A stretch of 32,000 nucleotides of DNA from Citrobacter sedlakii NBRC 105722. Lineage in GTDB: Bacteria > Pseudomonadota > Gammaproteobacteria > Enterobacterales > Enterobacteriaceae. Below, piece by piece: positions 8,592 to 16,729 of the stretch (the stretch's first letter is position 1; each line of letters starts with the position of its first letter). Below the pieces are notes generated by a model, which was not told the DNA's origin, ran no database searches, and worked only from the letters and a program-made list of their open reading frames with translations. Made by a program: the position numbers and the translations under genes. Location: NCBI RefSeq assembly GCF_000759835.1, contig NZ_BBNB01000008.1, positions 206,744 through 238,743 on the forward strand, written 5' to 3'.

Positions 8592-9360
8592 ATGAGTTAT
8601 CGCCAATAAATATAAATTTTACATATTGCAAAAACAGTTAGATAAAATTGCCGATGCTTTTTTTGGCTGATTTTTCTTAACCACTCCAGGAATATTGCTC
8701 TCTTTTTATGAGATAACGAAATTTCACTTTCAGCACTTTTTGCTAAAGTATCGTGACAGGCTGGAAGAGGTCAGACATTTTCGGGAAAATAAGCGCGCGC
8801 ATGATGGCGGGATACCGTGACGAAAGTCCCAGAATTTTAGCCCTGTAACAACATGGTTATCGTCATTGAATCCCCACACATTACTTACGAATCCCCTGTA
8901 ATCTGTAGGTAAAAAATTACCATTATCACTGATGCCGGCTTTCAGAACACCTGGTTCCTTCATGTACGCTCACTGGACTGAGATTTTATTGGGCGCATAC
9001 AGGGGAATGTCCGGTTCCGTCTGGACTGTCTTCCGGAAAGATGGCTAAAACTAAAGATGCTGCAAGCCAACAGTAAAGCAAAATTCCAGGGGGGGAGGAA
9101 CGCTGGTCAGAGCTGAATATGGCGTGGCTAGGGTTACTTATTTCCATAAAAGAGTCAAAAAGACAACAAGAACCAGCATGCTCGCTGCCGGATCTCACGT
9201 TATTTTCAGGAAAATGCATGCATAGAGGCGGCTAAAGAGCCGTGGTTAATATTCAGCAGTATGGATGAATCTGACGCCCGGAAAATCATGAAGCTATACA
9301 GCAGAAGAATACAGATAGGGCAGAATTTCCACGATGAAAAAAGTGAGCGCTTTGGTTTTA
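8592..9360 (+). mobile_element. Decayed IS4-family (IS10-like) transposase gene remnant, 3'-truncated at the CRISPR array
   Basis: One plus-strand frame from 8916 to 9356 is colinear with the remembered IS10 transposase. Matches: ITIITDAGFQNTWF (8916-8957, cf LIVSDAGFKVPWY); GRIQGNVRF (8991-9017, cf SRVRGKVQY); KSQKDNKNQ (9150-9176, cf KSRSKGRKNQ); EPWLIFS...KLYSRRIQIGQNFHDEKS (9237-9344, cf EPWVLATN...IYSKRMQIEETFRDLKS). In-frame stops at 8979 (TGA where IS10 has Trp), 9114, 9129 and 9147. The N-terminal part is in another frame: LKYRDRLEEVRHFRENKRA (8743-8799, cf IKRIDRLLGNRHLHKERLA). Internal deletions are present. The 5' limit is soft; a possible terminal CTGAT motif lies at 8448. Confidence 0.72.
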
Positions 9361-10848
9361 TCCCCGCAGGCGTGAGGAACACGCTGGCGGCGTTGTAAAT
9401 GCCCGTGACATCTGACGGTTTATCCCCGCTGACGCGGGGAACACGACGCCGGATTTAATGCTGATGCCAGCAATGCCGGTTTATCCCCGCTGACGCGGGG
9501 AACACTAAACGGCTACCGTTTCGGAAAGAATGCTAATCGGTTTATCCCCGCTGACGCGGGGAACACGGATCGTCAGGCCGGGAAACCTCTTCCATTACCG
9601 GTTTATCCCCGCTGACGCGGGGAACACACCTGATCCCACTGCTCGGGGGTCAAAACCTCCGGTTTATCCCCGCTGACGCGGGGAACACATTCCTGACATA
9701 TCACTCAACTTTTACGACGGCGGTTTATCCCCGCTGACGCGGGGAACACTTATATCAACCGACTGGTAAATTGGATGCCGCCGGTTTATCCCCGCTGACG
9801 CGGGGAACACGAGAAGCTCTGCCGCTGCGTCGTCAGGTGGTGCGGTTTATCCCCGCTGACGCGGGGAACACTCATCAACCCACACATACATAACACGCTG
9901 ACCCGGTTTATCCCCGCTGACGCGGGGAACACCCGTTGACTCCATTTCAGCGCCACGTCGAAAGCGGTTTATCCCCGCTGACGCGGGGAACACGAACTAC
10001 GCCCCAACAAACTCGGTTTATTTTGCGGTTTATCCCCGCTGATGCGGGGAACACGAGCAAAAGGGGGTTTTGAGATTTTATCTATTCGGTTTATCCCCGC
10101 TGACGCGGGGAACACGGGCCGCGTGGCGGTAGACCTCTACAGTCAGCAGGTTTATCCCCGCTGACGCGGGGAACACTCAATTAGCGCGGCATTTTGTAAA
10201 AGAATTTCCGGTTTATCCCCGCTGACGCGGGGAACACGTCCAGTATACAACCTAATTGCTAACTTGAATTCGGTTTATCCCCGCTGACGCGGGGAACACA
10301 CCAGCACCTTCGCGCACTGGTCATTCACAATCGGTTTATCCCCGCTGACGCGGGGAACACAACTCGGTGATGTATGTTGCGTTTTCAAGAGGCGGTTTAT
10401 CCCCGCTGACGCGGGGAACACAACTCGGTGATGTATGTTGCGTTTTCAAGAGGCGGTTTATCCCCGCTGACGCGGGGAACACTTACTCAAGAGGATGTTG
10501 GGACATTTGAGGGACGGTTTATCCCCGCTGACGCGGGGAACACGAGTGTGTTGGTTTGCCGGGAGTGCCAAAGGGTGGTTTATCCCCGCTGACGCGGGGA
10601 ACACGCGAAGGATTCATTTGCAAACTCAGTGACGAGCGGTTTATCCCCGCTGACGCGGGGAACACATCACACTGCGTTTAATTATTGGGCGCATAATCGG
10701 TTTATCCCCGCTGACGCGGGGAACACTTAAGGGGAATATATGTCAGATCAGAATATCCCGGTTTATCCCCGCTGACGCGGGGAACACTCTGACCGTGTAT
10801 CTATGATGCAGGCAGCGCGCGGTTTATCCCCGCTGACGCGGGGAACAC
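9354..10848 (-). CRISPR. Type I-E CRISPR array: 24 canonical 29-bp repeats plus 1 degenerate terminal repeat, 24 spacers (22 of 32 nt, 2 of 33 nt)
   Basis: Repeat cggtttatccccgctgacgcggggaacac occurs at 61-bp periodicity. Starts: 9416, 9477, 9538, 9599, 9660, 9721, 9782, 9843, 9904, 9965, 10026, 10087, 10148, 10209, 10271, 10332, 10393, 10454, 10515, 10576, 10637, 10698, 10759, 10820. The degenerate copy ggttttatccccgcaggcgtgaggaacac lies at 9354-9382. Orientation is set by the AT-rich leader and cas2 at the high-coordinate end. Read from the leader, the repeat is GTGTTCCCCGCGTCAGCGGGGATAAACCG. Confidence 0.98.
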
Positions 10849-10953
10849 ACTAAATGTATCCATCTGATTTTAAATGTTTTTTATCTACAGCAACAATCTA
10901 CCAACGTAAAATAAACATTTCCGTATTCTAAAAGAAAAAATAACCATTTGAAT
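10849..10953 (-). promoter_or_regulatory. CRISPR leader (array promoter and spacer-integration region)
   Basis: 105-bp AT-rich non-coding stretch between the cas2 stop (10954) and the first repeat (10848). This is the standard type I-E leader position. Confidence 0.75.
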
Positions 10954-11241
<288 letters not shown>

Positions 11242-12159
11242 CTACGCTCCACGATGACCGCTGTCACCTAACGTTTTCGGTTCTGCTATCGCCGGGGGCA
11301 ACATATCCGGCGCTGGCTGCGGTGGTGCAATTTCTCCAGCCATGAGTACCTCTTCAATCAGAGGGATCAGTTTCCCGGTTAGCTTGTCGCTGCGAAAAAT
11401 ATCCCGACAGGCTAGCCTTACCACCCTGTCAGGCTCAGCTGGATGACGCGCTGCAATTTCAAACGCTTTCGGTACAACCGTTTCAAACTTAATGATGTCA
11501 GCAATATCGTAAACAAATGAGAGAGGCTTACCGCTATGAATAAAGCCAATCGCAGGCGCATATCCTGCGGCTAAAACGGCTGCTTCAGTAATGCCATAAA
11601 GACAAGATGTCGCTGCGCTGATGCACTGATTCACCACATCGCCTTTCTCCCAATCTTTGGGATCATAACGACGTCCATTCCATTTCACGCCATAGTGTTT
11701 CGCCAGCAATGCGTATGTCTGCCGAACGCGAGATCCTTCAATTCCTCGTAATTGCTCAACAGAGCGGCGTGCAGGCGGCGGCTCGCGAAAACGGAGTTCG
11801 TACATTTTACGCACAACTTTCAATCGTAAATCATCGTCAAGCGCCAGCTTCGCCTGGTAAAGCAGTTTATCGGCACGCGCGCCGCCGGGCTGACCCGAAG
11901 CATAAAGACGAACCCCCGCTTCTCCCATCCAGACCAATAGCGTACCGACCGTTGACGCCAGCCTTACGGCTGCGTGAGAAACGCGCGTTCCAGGCTCCAG
12001 CATAATGCAGGCGACGGAGCCTACTGGAATATGTGTGCGTATGCCTGTCTTATCGATCAAGACAAAAGCGCCATCCAGCACATCAATCTGACCATATTGC
12101 AGAAAGATCATAGAGGTCCGATCCTTTAATGGGATCGGACTTAACGGTACGAACGTCAC
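11242..12159 (-). CDS. cas1: CRISPR-associated integrase Cas1 (type I-E)
   Basis: 305 aa with a GTG start overlapping the cas6e stop (GTGA). MTFVPLSPIPLKDRTSMIFLQYGQIDVLDGAFVLIDKTGIRTHIPVGSVACIMLEPGTRVSHAAV is nearly identical to the remembered E. coli K-12 Cas1. Confidence 0.96.
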   Translation of the reverse strand: MTFVPLSPIPLKDRTSMIFLQYGQIDVLDGAFVLIDKTGIRTHIPVGSVACIMLEPGTRVSHAAVRLASTVGTLLVWMGEAGVRLYASGQPGGARADKLLYQAKLALDDDLRLKVVRKMYELRFREPPPARRSVEQLRGIEGSRVRQTYALLAKHYGVKWNGRRYDPKDWEKGDVVNQCISAATSCLYGITEAAVLAAGYAPAIGFIHSGKPLSFVYDIADIIKFETVVPKAFEIAARHPAEPDRVVRLACRDIFRSDKLTGKLIPLIEEVLMAGEIAPPQPAPDMLPPAIAEPKTLGDSGHRGA

Positions 12160-12806
12160 TCACTGTCTCCGGGCTTTATCAGCATCAACCCACAGCCAAA
12201 TGCGCGGCTTTTACCGTATCCCTGTATCAAACGTTGCAGGAATAAGCCCGGGTCATTGATCTCCAGCGTGCCTGAATAATCCACGCTGCTAAACTGAATC
12301 GCCTGCCGGGATTTGCCGCGTATGACCTGCTGCTGTCGATACGCGTCAACGCTCGCCCCCTGTAATGAAAATCCATTACGCTCCCCCTGACGAGCTAACC
12401 ACGCTAGCGCAACCTGCTGCTGATGAAGCCAGATATCCTGTGTGTCCGGGTCAGCTTTCATTTGCCGCTTAGCATCCATCAGCAGATCGTGACGTTTTCC
12501 TGCTTTGCAAATCGTTGGATTCGCTCGCAGAGTGAAGCGCAAGCGCTGCGCTGTATGTAAGTCAGGGAAAAACGGGCGGCATTCGGTATGAAATAATTCT
12601 CTTGACGCAGGCGGATTCACCGACAAAACAAAAAAGCGAAATGCCCCTTGCACTTCCTCCCGACGGTATAAAAACTGCCGTTCCTGCTCGTCGGGAAAAA
12701 GCGCCCATAACCACTGATGCATGACATATTCGCCGCGTTCCACCATATGAAGTAATTGAGAAGGCGACAGTTGACCGGTAGAGAGCGTTATTCTTGAGAG
12801 GTACAC
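12156..12806 (-). CDS. cas6e: Cas6e/CasE pre-crRNA endoribonuclease
   Basis: GTG at 12806 is preceded by a strong aaggagg SD and gives MYLSRITL..., the family-typical N-terminus. C-terminal motif is GCGLMLIKP. The 235-aa ORF-track version adds an unsupported 19-codon extension inside cas5. Confidence 0.9.
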   Translation of the reverse strand: MYLSRITLSTGQLSPSQLLHMVERGEYVMHQWLWALFPDEQERQFLYRREEVQGAFRFFVLSVNPPASRELFHTECRPFFPDLHTAQRLRFTLRANPTICKAGKRHDLLMDAKRQMKADPDTQDIWLHQQQVALAWLARQGERNGFSLQGASVDAYRQQQVIRGKSRQAIQFSSVDYSGTLEINDPGLFLQRLIQGYGKSRAFGCGLMLIKPGDSE

Positions 12807-13534
12807 ATTTCCTCCTTGAAGATCAGTGAACCCTGGTATACGGTACGCTCGGCAAATAACCATTGCTGACGGCTTAACGGCACGTCCCGACGACGCAGGA
12901 TTTTATTTGCCACCAACCCGTCATGCTCGCCTTCCCACCAGCAGGTCGGTTGCAGTTTGGGTAACCGAATGTTGAGCCCCTGGAGTTTTTCCTGGTATTG
13001 TAACCGGGCAGTGCTTAACACATCCGGGACATTTCCCCGCAGGAGCATTGGCATCAGCGGTAACGATAACGGATGGCTTTTCCGTCCCAGATACAGTGAA
13101 AAGGTCGGGTGCTTTAGTGCGTTCTGGAGACATTCCAGCGTAAAAGGCGCCCCTGGCGTTGTAACCACCGCGACCATCCACCACGCATCGCTGTAGTAAT
13201 CACGTCGTGAGATCAGCGCACTGAGCAAGTCCGGGTCCTGCAATTCTTCGCGGCGACTGAAATACCGCACTTTACGGACCTCTTTCGGCATCTGGACGGT
13301 GTGATAATCCCTCGCCCAGCGAGGCGAGTCGCTGGCGCACAACAAAAATTGATAGTGCGAATTAAGCGCGTTCAGTTGCGTTTCGTCGTCACGATGGATG
13401 CCAAGCGCCGCAGCCAGCAGTCCCAACAGTGCAGAACGCGACGGCAGTTCATGGGTATGACGAACCTCACCAGGAGCATCCACACCCCAGGAGGCCATCG
13501 GTCCATGAAGCTGAAAAAGCAGATATTGGTTCAT
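12788..13534 (-). CDS. cas5: Cas5e/CasD Cascade subunit
   Basis: 248 aa: MNQYLLFQLHGPMASWGVDAPGEVRHT... (the characteristic GPMxSWG N-terminus). Overlaps the cas6e start by 19 nt. Confidence 0.93.
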   Translation of the reverse strand: MNQYLLFQLHGPMASWGVDAPGEVRHTHELPSRSALLGLLAAALGIHRDDETQLNALNSHYQFLLCASDSPRWARDYHTVQMPKEVRKVRYFSRREELQDPDLLSALISRRDYYSDAWWMVAVVTTPGAPFTLECLQNALKHPTFSLYLGRKSHPLSLPLMPMLLRGNVPDVLSTARLQYQEKLQGLNIRLPKLQPTCWWEGEHDGLVANKILRRRDVPLSRQQWLFAERTVYQGSLIFKEEMCTSQE

Positions 13535-13543
13535 TAAGGGTCC

Positions 13544-14602
13544 TTACGCGCAGATAAAGTCCAGCACGTCTTTCATGCTCCCTTCTTTATTCATAACGTT
13601 GAAACCTACGGATTCAGTTTGCTGCGCGTAAACAGCGTTCATGTTTTCACGTAGCGCAGTGATGCGCTGTACCGACACGTTCAGTTGGTCCGAACCGACA
13701 ATAGGTTTGTAGAATGCCGCCGCCAGTGAACGAGGCTGATCAAAGCCTTTTTCCGCCAACGCCCAGTTGGCATACGCGCGGCTGGCAAAACTGTTTTGCT
13801 TACCGGTCGGAGAGACCTTCAGCGCAGCTTCCGTAAAGGCACACAGTGTTTGATTCGCCAGTTCTTCATTACCGTCCAGATTTTTTATCAGCAGATCTTT
13901 GTCGATACAGATATAGGTATAGAACAGCGCGGATCCGAAGCCTGTCTCACCAAGATGTCCAGCCCCCGCATCCTCCTGAGAGGCCTGACGGAAGTCATCA
14001 ACCGCAGTGAAAAAATCATCTTCCACCAGCGTTTCACTTACGCCAAACGCGTGTGCAACCTGACAGGCTGCTTCGATATTGAATTCAGGTTTATTGGCCA
14101 ACATACGGCCAAACATGGCGATGTCCACCGCCATTCGATCGCGACGCAGCAATGCCAGCTCGTCGTCCGTCGGTGCGCGATTTTCTTCTGCCAGTCGGGC
14201 AGCCAATGCCTTAACCGCATCAAATTCCACCGGGCTGATATGAATAAGTTGTTCGGTTTCAGCGTTGCTTAATTGATCTTTCGCTTTTTTATCGGTTTTC
14301 ACTTTCCCAAGGTAATCTGCGATTTTGGCGGCCCACTCGATCGCATGTTTCTCTCCTGCACCCTTTTCAATCATGATCTTCGCGGCTTCGCGTCCAATAC
14401 GACTACTACGAATGCCGATATGTCCCACCAGCGCCTGTTCAAACAAAGCAGAGGTACGCCAGGTGCGTTTCAGACTTTGTGAGGAAATGCGCAGACGCGT
14501 CGCCCCGCCCAGCACAACCGTCTTTGGCGAGCCGGTGTCATCACGGTTCAGGTTAGCGGCCGGATAAGCGGTAAGGATGTGAAGTTGTATAAAGGTAGTC
14601 AT
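13544..14602 (-). CDS. cas7: Cas7e/CasC Cascade backbone subunit
   Basis: 352 aa: MTTFIQLHILTAYPAANLNRDDTGSPKT... (Cas7e signature NLNRDD). Confidence 0.95.
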   Translation of the reverse strand: MTTFIQLHILTAYPAANLNRDDTGSPKTVVLGGATRLRISSQSLKRTWRTSALFEQALVGHIGIRSSRIGREAAKIMIEKGAGEKHAIEWAAKIADYLGKVKTDKKAKDQLSNAETEQLIHISPVEFDAVKALAARLAEENRAPTDDELALLRRDRMAVDIAMFGRMLANKPEFNIEAACQVAHAFGVSETLVEDDFFTAVDDFRQASQEDAGAGHLGETGFGSALFYTYICIDKDLLIKNLDGNEELANQTLCAFTEAALKVSPTGKQNSFASRAYANWALAEKGFDQPRSLAAAFYKPIVGSDQLNVSVQRITALRENMNAVYAQQTESVGFNVMNKEGSMKDVLDFICA

Positions 14603-14605
14603 TTT

Positions 14606-15166
14606 TTATCCCTGTTGATCGTTTTTATCATTGTCGCCAGCCTGGTAGTACTCCAGCGCCCAGCGGATTCGGATGAATTCGGTTGGCCGCTGTTGGCGGC
14701 GATGGTGGTTCAGCAAATCGTCGTTCTCCTGACACCAGCGGAAAACATCTTCTGCCAGCGAAATGAGGTTCACGGTTCCCTTCAGTAGCTGAACCGCGCG
14801 GCGAAGTTGACGCAGTAACTCATCTGGCGTTTTTACCGCCGAGAGCCGTGCAAAGCGCAGCTCAGACATAACAGCGCGATTCCCGTCTTTATGTCCAAGT
14901 TGCTCCGCAAAACTCTGGCGCTCATCAAGAGATTTAACCTGTGCCGCCAGCGCCGCCGTCAGGGCTAAAGCGATAAAACGCCATTCCTTTCCCCCCATCT
15001 TCCAGAGCGTATGCGTCTGCATCAGCAGGTCACGAAATCCTTCAGACAGGTAAGCGTCCGAGAGGGTTTTACTGCGCCGTAGGCTGGCACGTAGCCCTCT
15101 TTTTTCCTGCAATGTGCCATGCCACTGACGCAGCACGGTCTTATGCTCATCCCTCAAAAAATTCAT
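14606..15166 (-). CDS. cse2: Cse2/CasB Cascade small subunit
   Basis: 186-aa basic helical protein in the canonical position between cse1 and cas7. ATGA overlap with the cse1 stop. Confidence 0.9.
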   Translation of the reverse strand: MNFLRDEHKTVLRQWHGTLQEKRGLRASLRRSKTLSDAYLSEGFRDLLMQTHTLWKMGGKEWRFIALALTAALAAQVKSLDERQSFAEQLGHKDGNRAVMSELRFARLSAVKTPDELLRQLRRAVQLLKGTVNLISLAEDVFRWCQENDDLLNHHRRQQRPTEFIRIRWALEYYQAGDNDKNDQQG

Positions 15167-16719
15167 TCAGCAGCCTCCTGCTTTTTTGAACTGGCAGCTT
15201 TTGCCCCATGCTTCCCCGCCAGGCTGGTGATTAATTTCTTACGTGCCCACATACTTTGTTTTAGATCCTTGTTCTCGTAGGGACTGATAAAAACATGTTC
15301 ATCAAAATAATGGCGGGCGAAACGCTTGATCTTTTTCTCGCATTTACGGAGTTTTTCTTCCGGGTTTTGCCCGTCTACAAGTTCTCGTACCAGCGTCAGA
15401 AAATCGCCCTGCGTGCAGTGCCAAAAATCGATATCAATGAAACTAAAATCGCCACGTGCGCCTTTGGCATCTGAAAACCAGGCTTCTTTCAGTGCGCTAC
15501 GAAGCTGAATGAGCGTTTTATTGGCCATTTGCACGGTCTTTTGCAGATCGGGGATAAGGTTTTCCGTCAACAGAAGTGGCAGGTGATGTTCATACCAGCA
15601 ACGGGCTTTCATATTTTCGAAGTCATAGCCAAAGCCCCATAAGCCAACCCTGGCGCCAGTGTCCAAATGCCCATTAAACACTCTCACCACCTGCGCGGGT
15701 GATTCGTCATTGCTTTCCGATTGGTTGCTCTGATTTAGTCCCAACCAGTCACGCCAAACCAGACCACCAGGCTGCGGTTTAACGGAAAAGAAACCGTCGC
15801 CCCCTTTTAAAGGCTTCCGATACGGTGTCAACGGATGCCGCCAGCCTTCGTAGTTGACGCCGTAGTTTTTGGTCGTCATTAAGCTCAGCAACGCGTCGCT
15901 CTCAGATTGACAGATATCGCATGTACCGATCTCCGTAATGGTGAAATCCAGCCGGATACGCCGCGGCATTCCCCAGTACGCCTGCAATTTATGCACCTGT
16001 TCTGGCGTCGTGACGTCATTTTTGCCCTCACTGGTTCGCGTGGCGGCAAGCCAGGGGAAGACGGAAGCATCATAGATCTCCGGCAGCGGAAGATTGGCCG
16101 CATCCTGCGGCATAACATTCAACCACAGTTTGCGCCAGAGTGGCGTCTGACGGTTATGCTCGTATTCGTGCAGTTCGATAAGCGTGGTCATTGGTCCGCC
16201 ACCACGCAGCCCGGTGCGATAACCTTTGCCGCCCGCTGGCGCATTCAGTTGCAGCGAAAATAAGGCCAGCGCCGCGCAGTGTGGGCAAAAACGTTCTGTT
16301 ACGCCGCGTTTGATAAAGTGGTCTTTATGTAATTTAATGGCTTGCACGCCAGGCGTTTCGGGAAGCAAAGACGCTATCAATACGTTCTCGCCCGTTAGCG
16401 GCTCAAAATCCTGCATAAATGAGGGCGTTTGTGGTCCAAACTGAAAAGCCGGTTCGATATGTGCCAGTGCGGAACGGAATTTTTCTTCTGGTAAGCCTTC
16501 GTCCCAGATGTCATCCCAGCGTTGGCGGCTATTTGGTGCAAAACTGGTTTGCAGCAGTCCCAACAAAAACTGCCACGCCGCACCTTGTAAATCCGCCCTT
16601 GACGCCGCGATATCGATAACATTCTCATTCGCCAGACAGGCTGGCGCCAGCTTGCCCTGGGTACCGTCTTTAAACCGCACTGGCAACCATGGGGTAGTAA
16701 TCAGTGAAAAATTATTCAT
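15163..16719 (-). CDS. cse1: Cse1/CasA Cascade large subunit
   Basis: ORF open to 16749. ATG 16719 gives MNNFSLITTPWLPVRFKDG..., matching the family N-terminus (E. coli MNLLIDNWIPVR). ATG 16749 would overlap cas3 by 20 nt. Either start is possible. Confidence 0.9.
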   Translation of the reverse strand: MNNFSLITTPWLPVRFKDGTQGKLAPACLANENVIDIAASRADLQGAAWQFLLGLLQTSFAPNSRQRWDDIWDEGLPEEKFRSALAHIEPAFQFGPQTPSFMQDFEPLTGENVLIASLLPETPGVQAIKLHKDHFIKRGVTERFCPHCAALALFSLQLNAPAGGKGYRTGLRGGGPMTTLIELHEYEHNRQTPLWRKLWLNVMPQDAANLPLPEIYDASVFPWLAATRTSEGKNDVTTPEQVHKLQAYWGMPRRIRLDFTITEIGTCDICQSESDALLSLMTTKNYGVNYEGWRHPLTPYRKPLKGGDGFFSVKPQPGGLVWRDWLGLNQSNQSESNDESPAQVVRVFNGHLDTGARVGLWGFGYDFENMKARCWYEHHLPLLLTENLIPDLQKTVQMANKTLIQLRSALKEAWFSDAKGARGDFSFIDIDFWHCTQGDFLTLVRELVDGQNPEEKLRKCEKKIKRFARHYFDEHVFISPYENKDLKQSMWARKKLITSLAGKHGAKAASSKKQEAAE

Positions 16720-16729
16720 TGGGGTATAC

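Noticed and set aside
8730-9219. Two 77-aa minus-strand ORFs (8730-8963, 8986-9219)
   Set aside because: Both lie antisense to the plus-strand IS4-family transposase relic, which explains the sequence. Neither has an RBS, and the translations are unrecognisable.
9994-10025. Spacer containing cggtttat (the first 8 nt of the repeat)
   Set aside because: An 8-nt match inside a single spacer is compatible with chance. The array register and flanking repeats are normal, so there is no evidence of a collapsed repeat.
12807-12863. 19-codon extension of cas6e into cas5
   Set aside because: The GTG at 12806 has a strong aaggagg SD and gives the canonical MYLSR... start. The extension has no support.
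13796-14272. 158-aa plus-strand ORF, plus similar 60-120-aa ORFs opposite cas7, cse1 and cas3
   Set aside because: All lie antisense to well-supported cas genes and have no start-site context or motifs.
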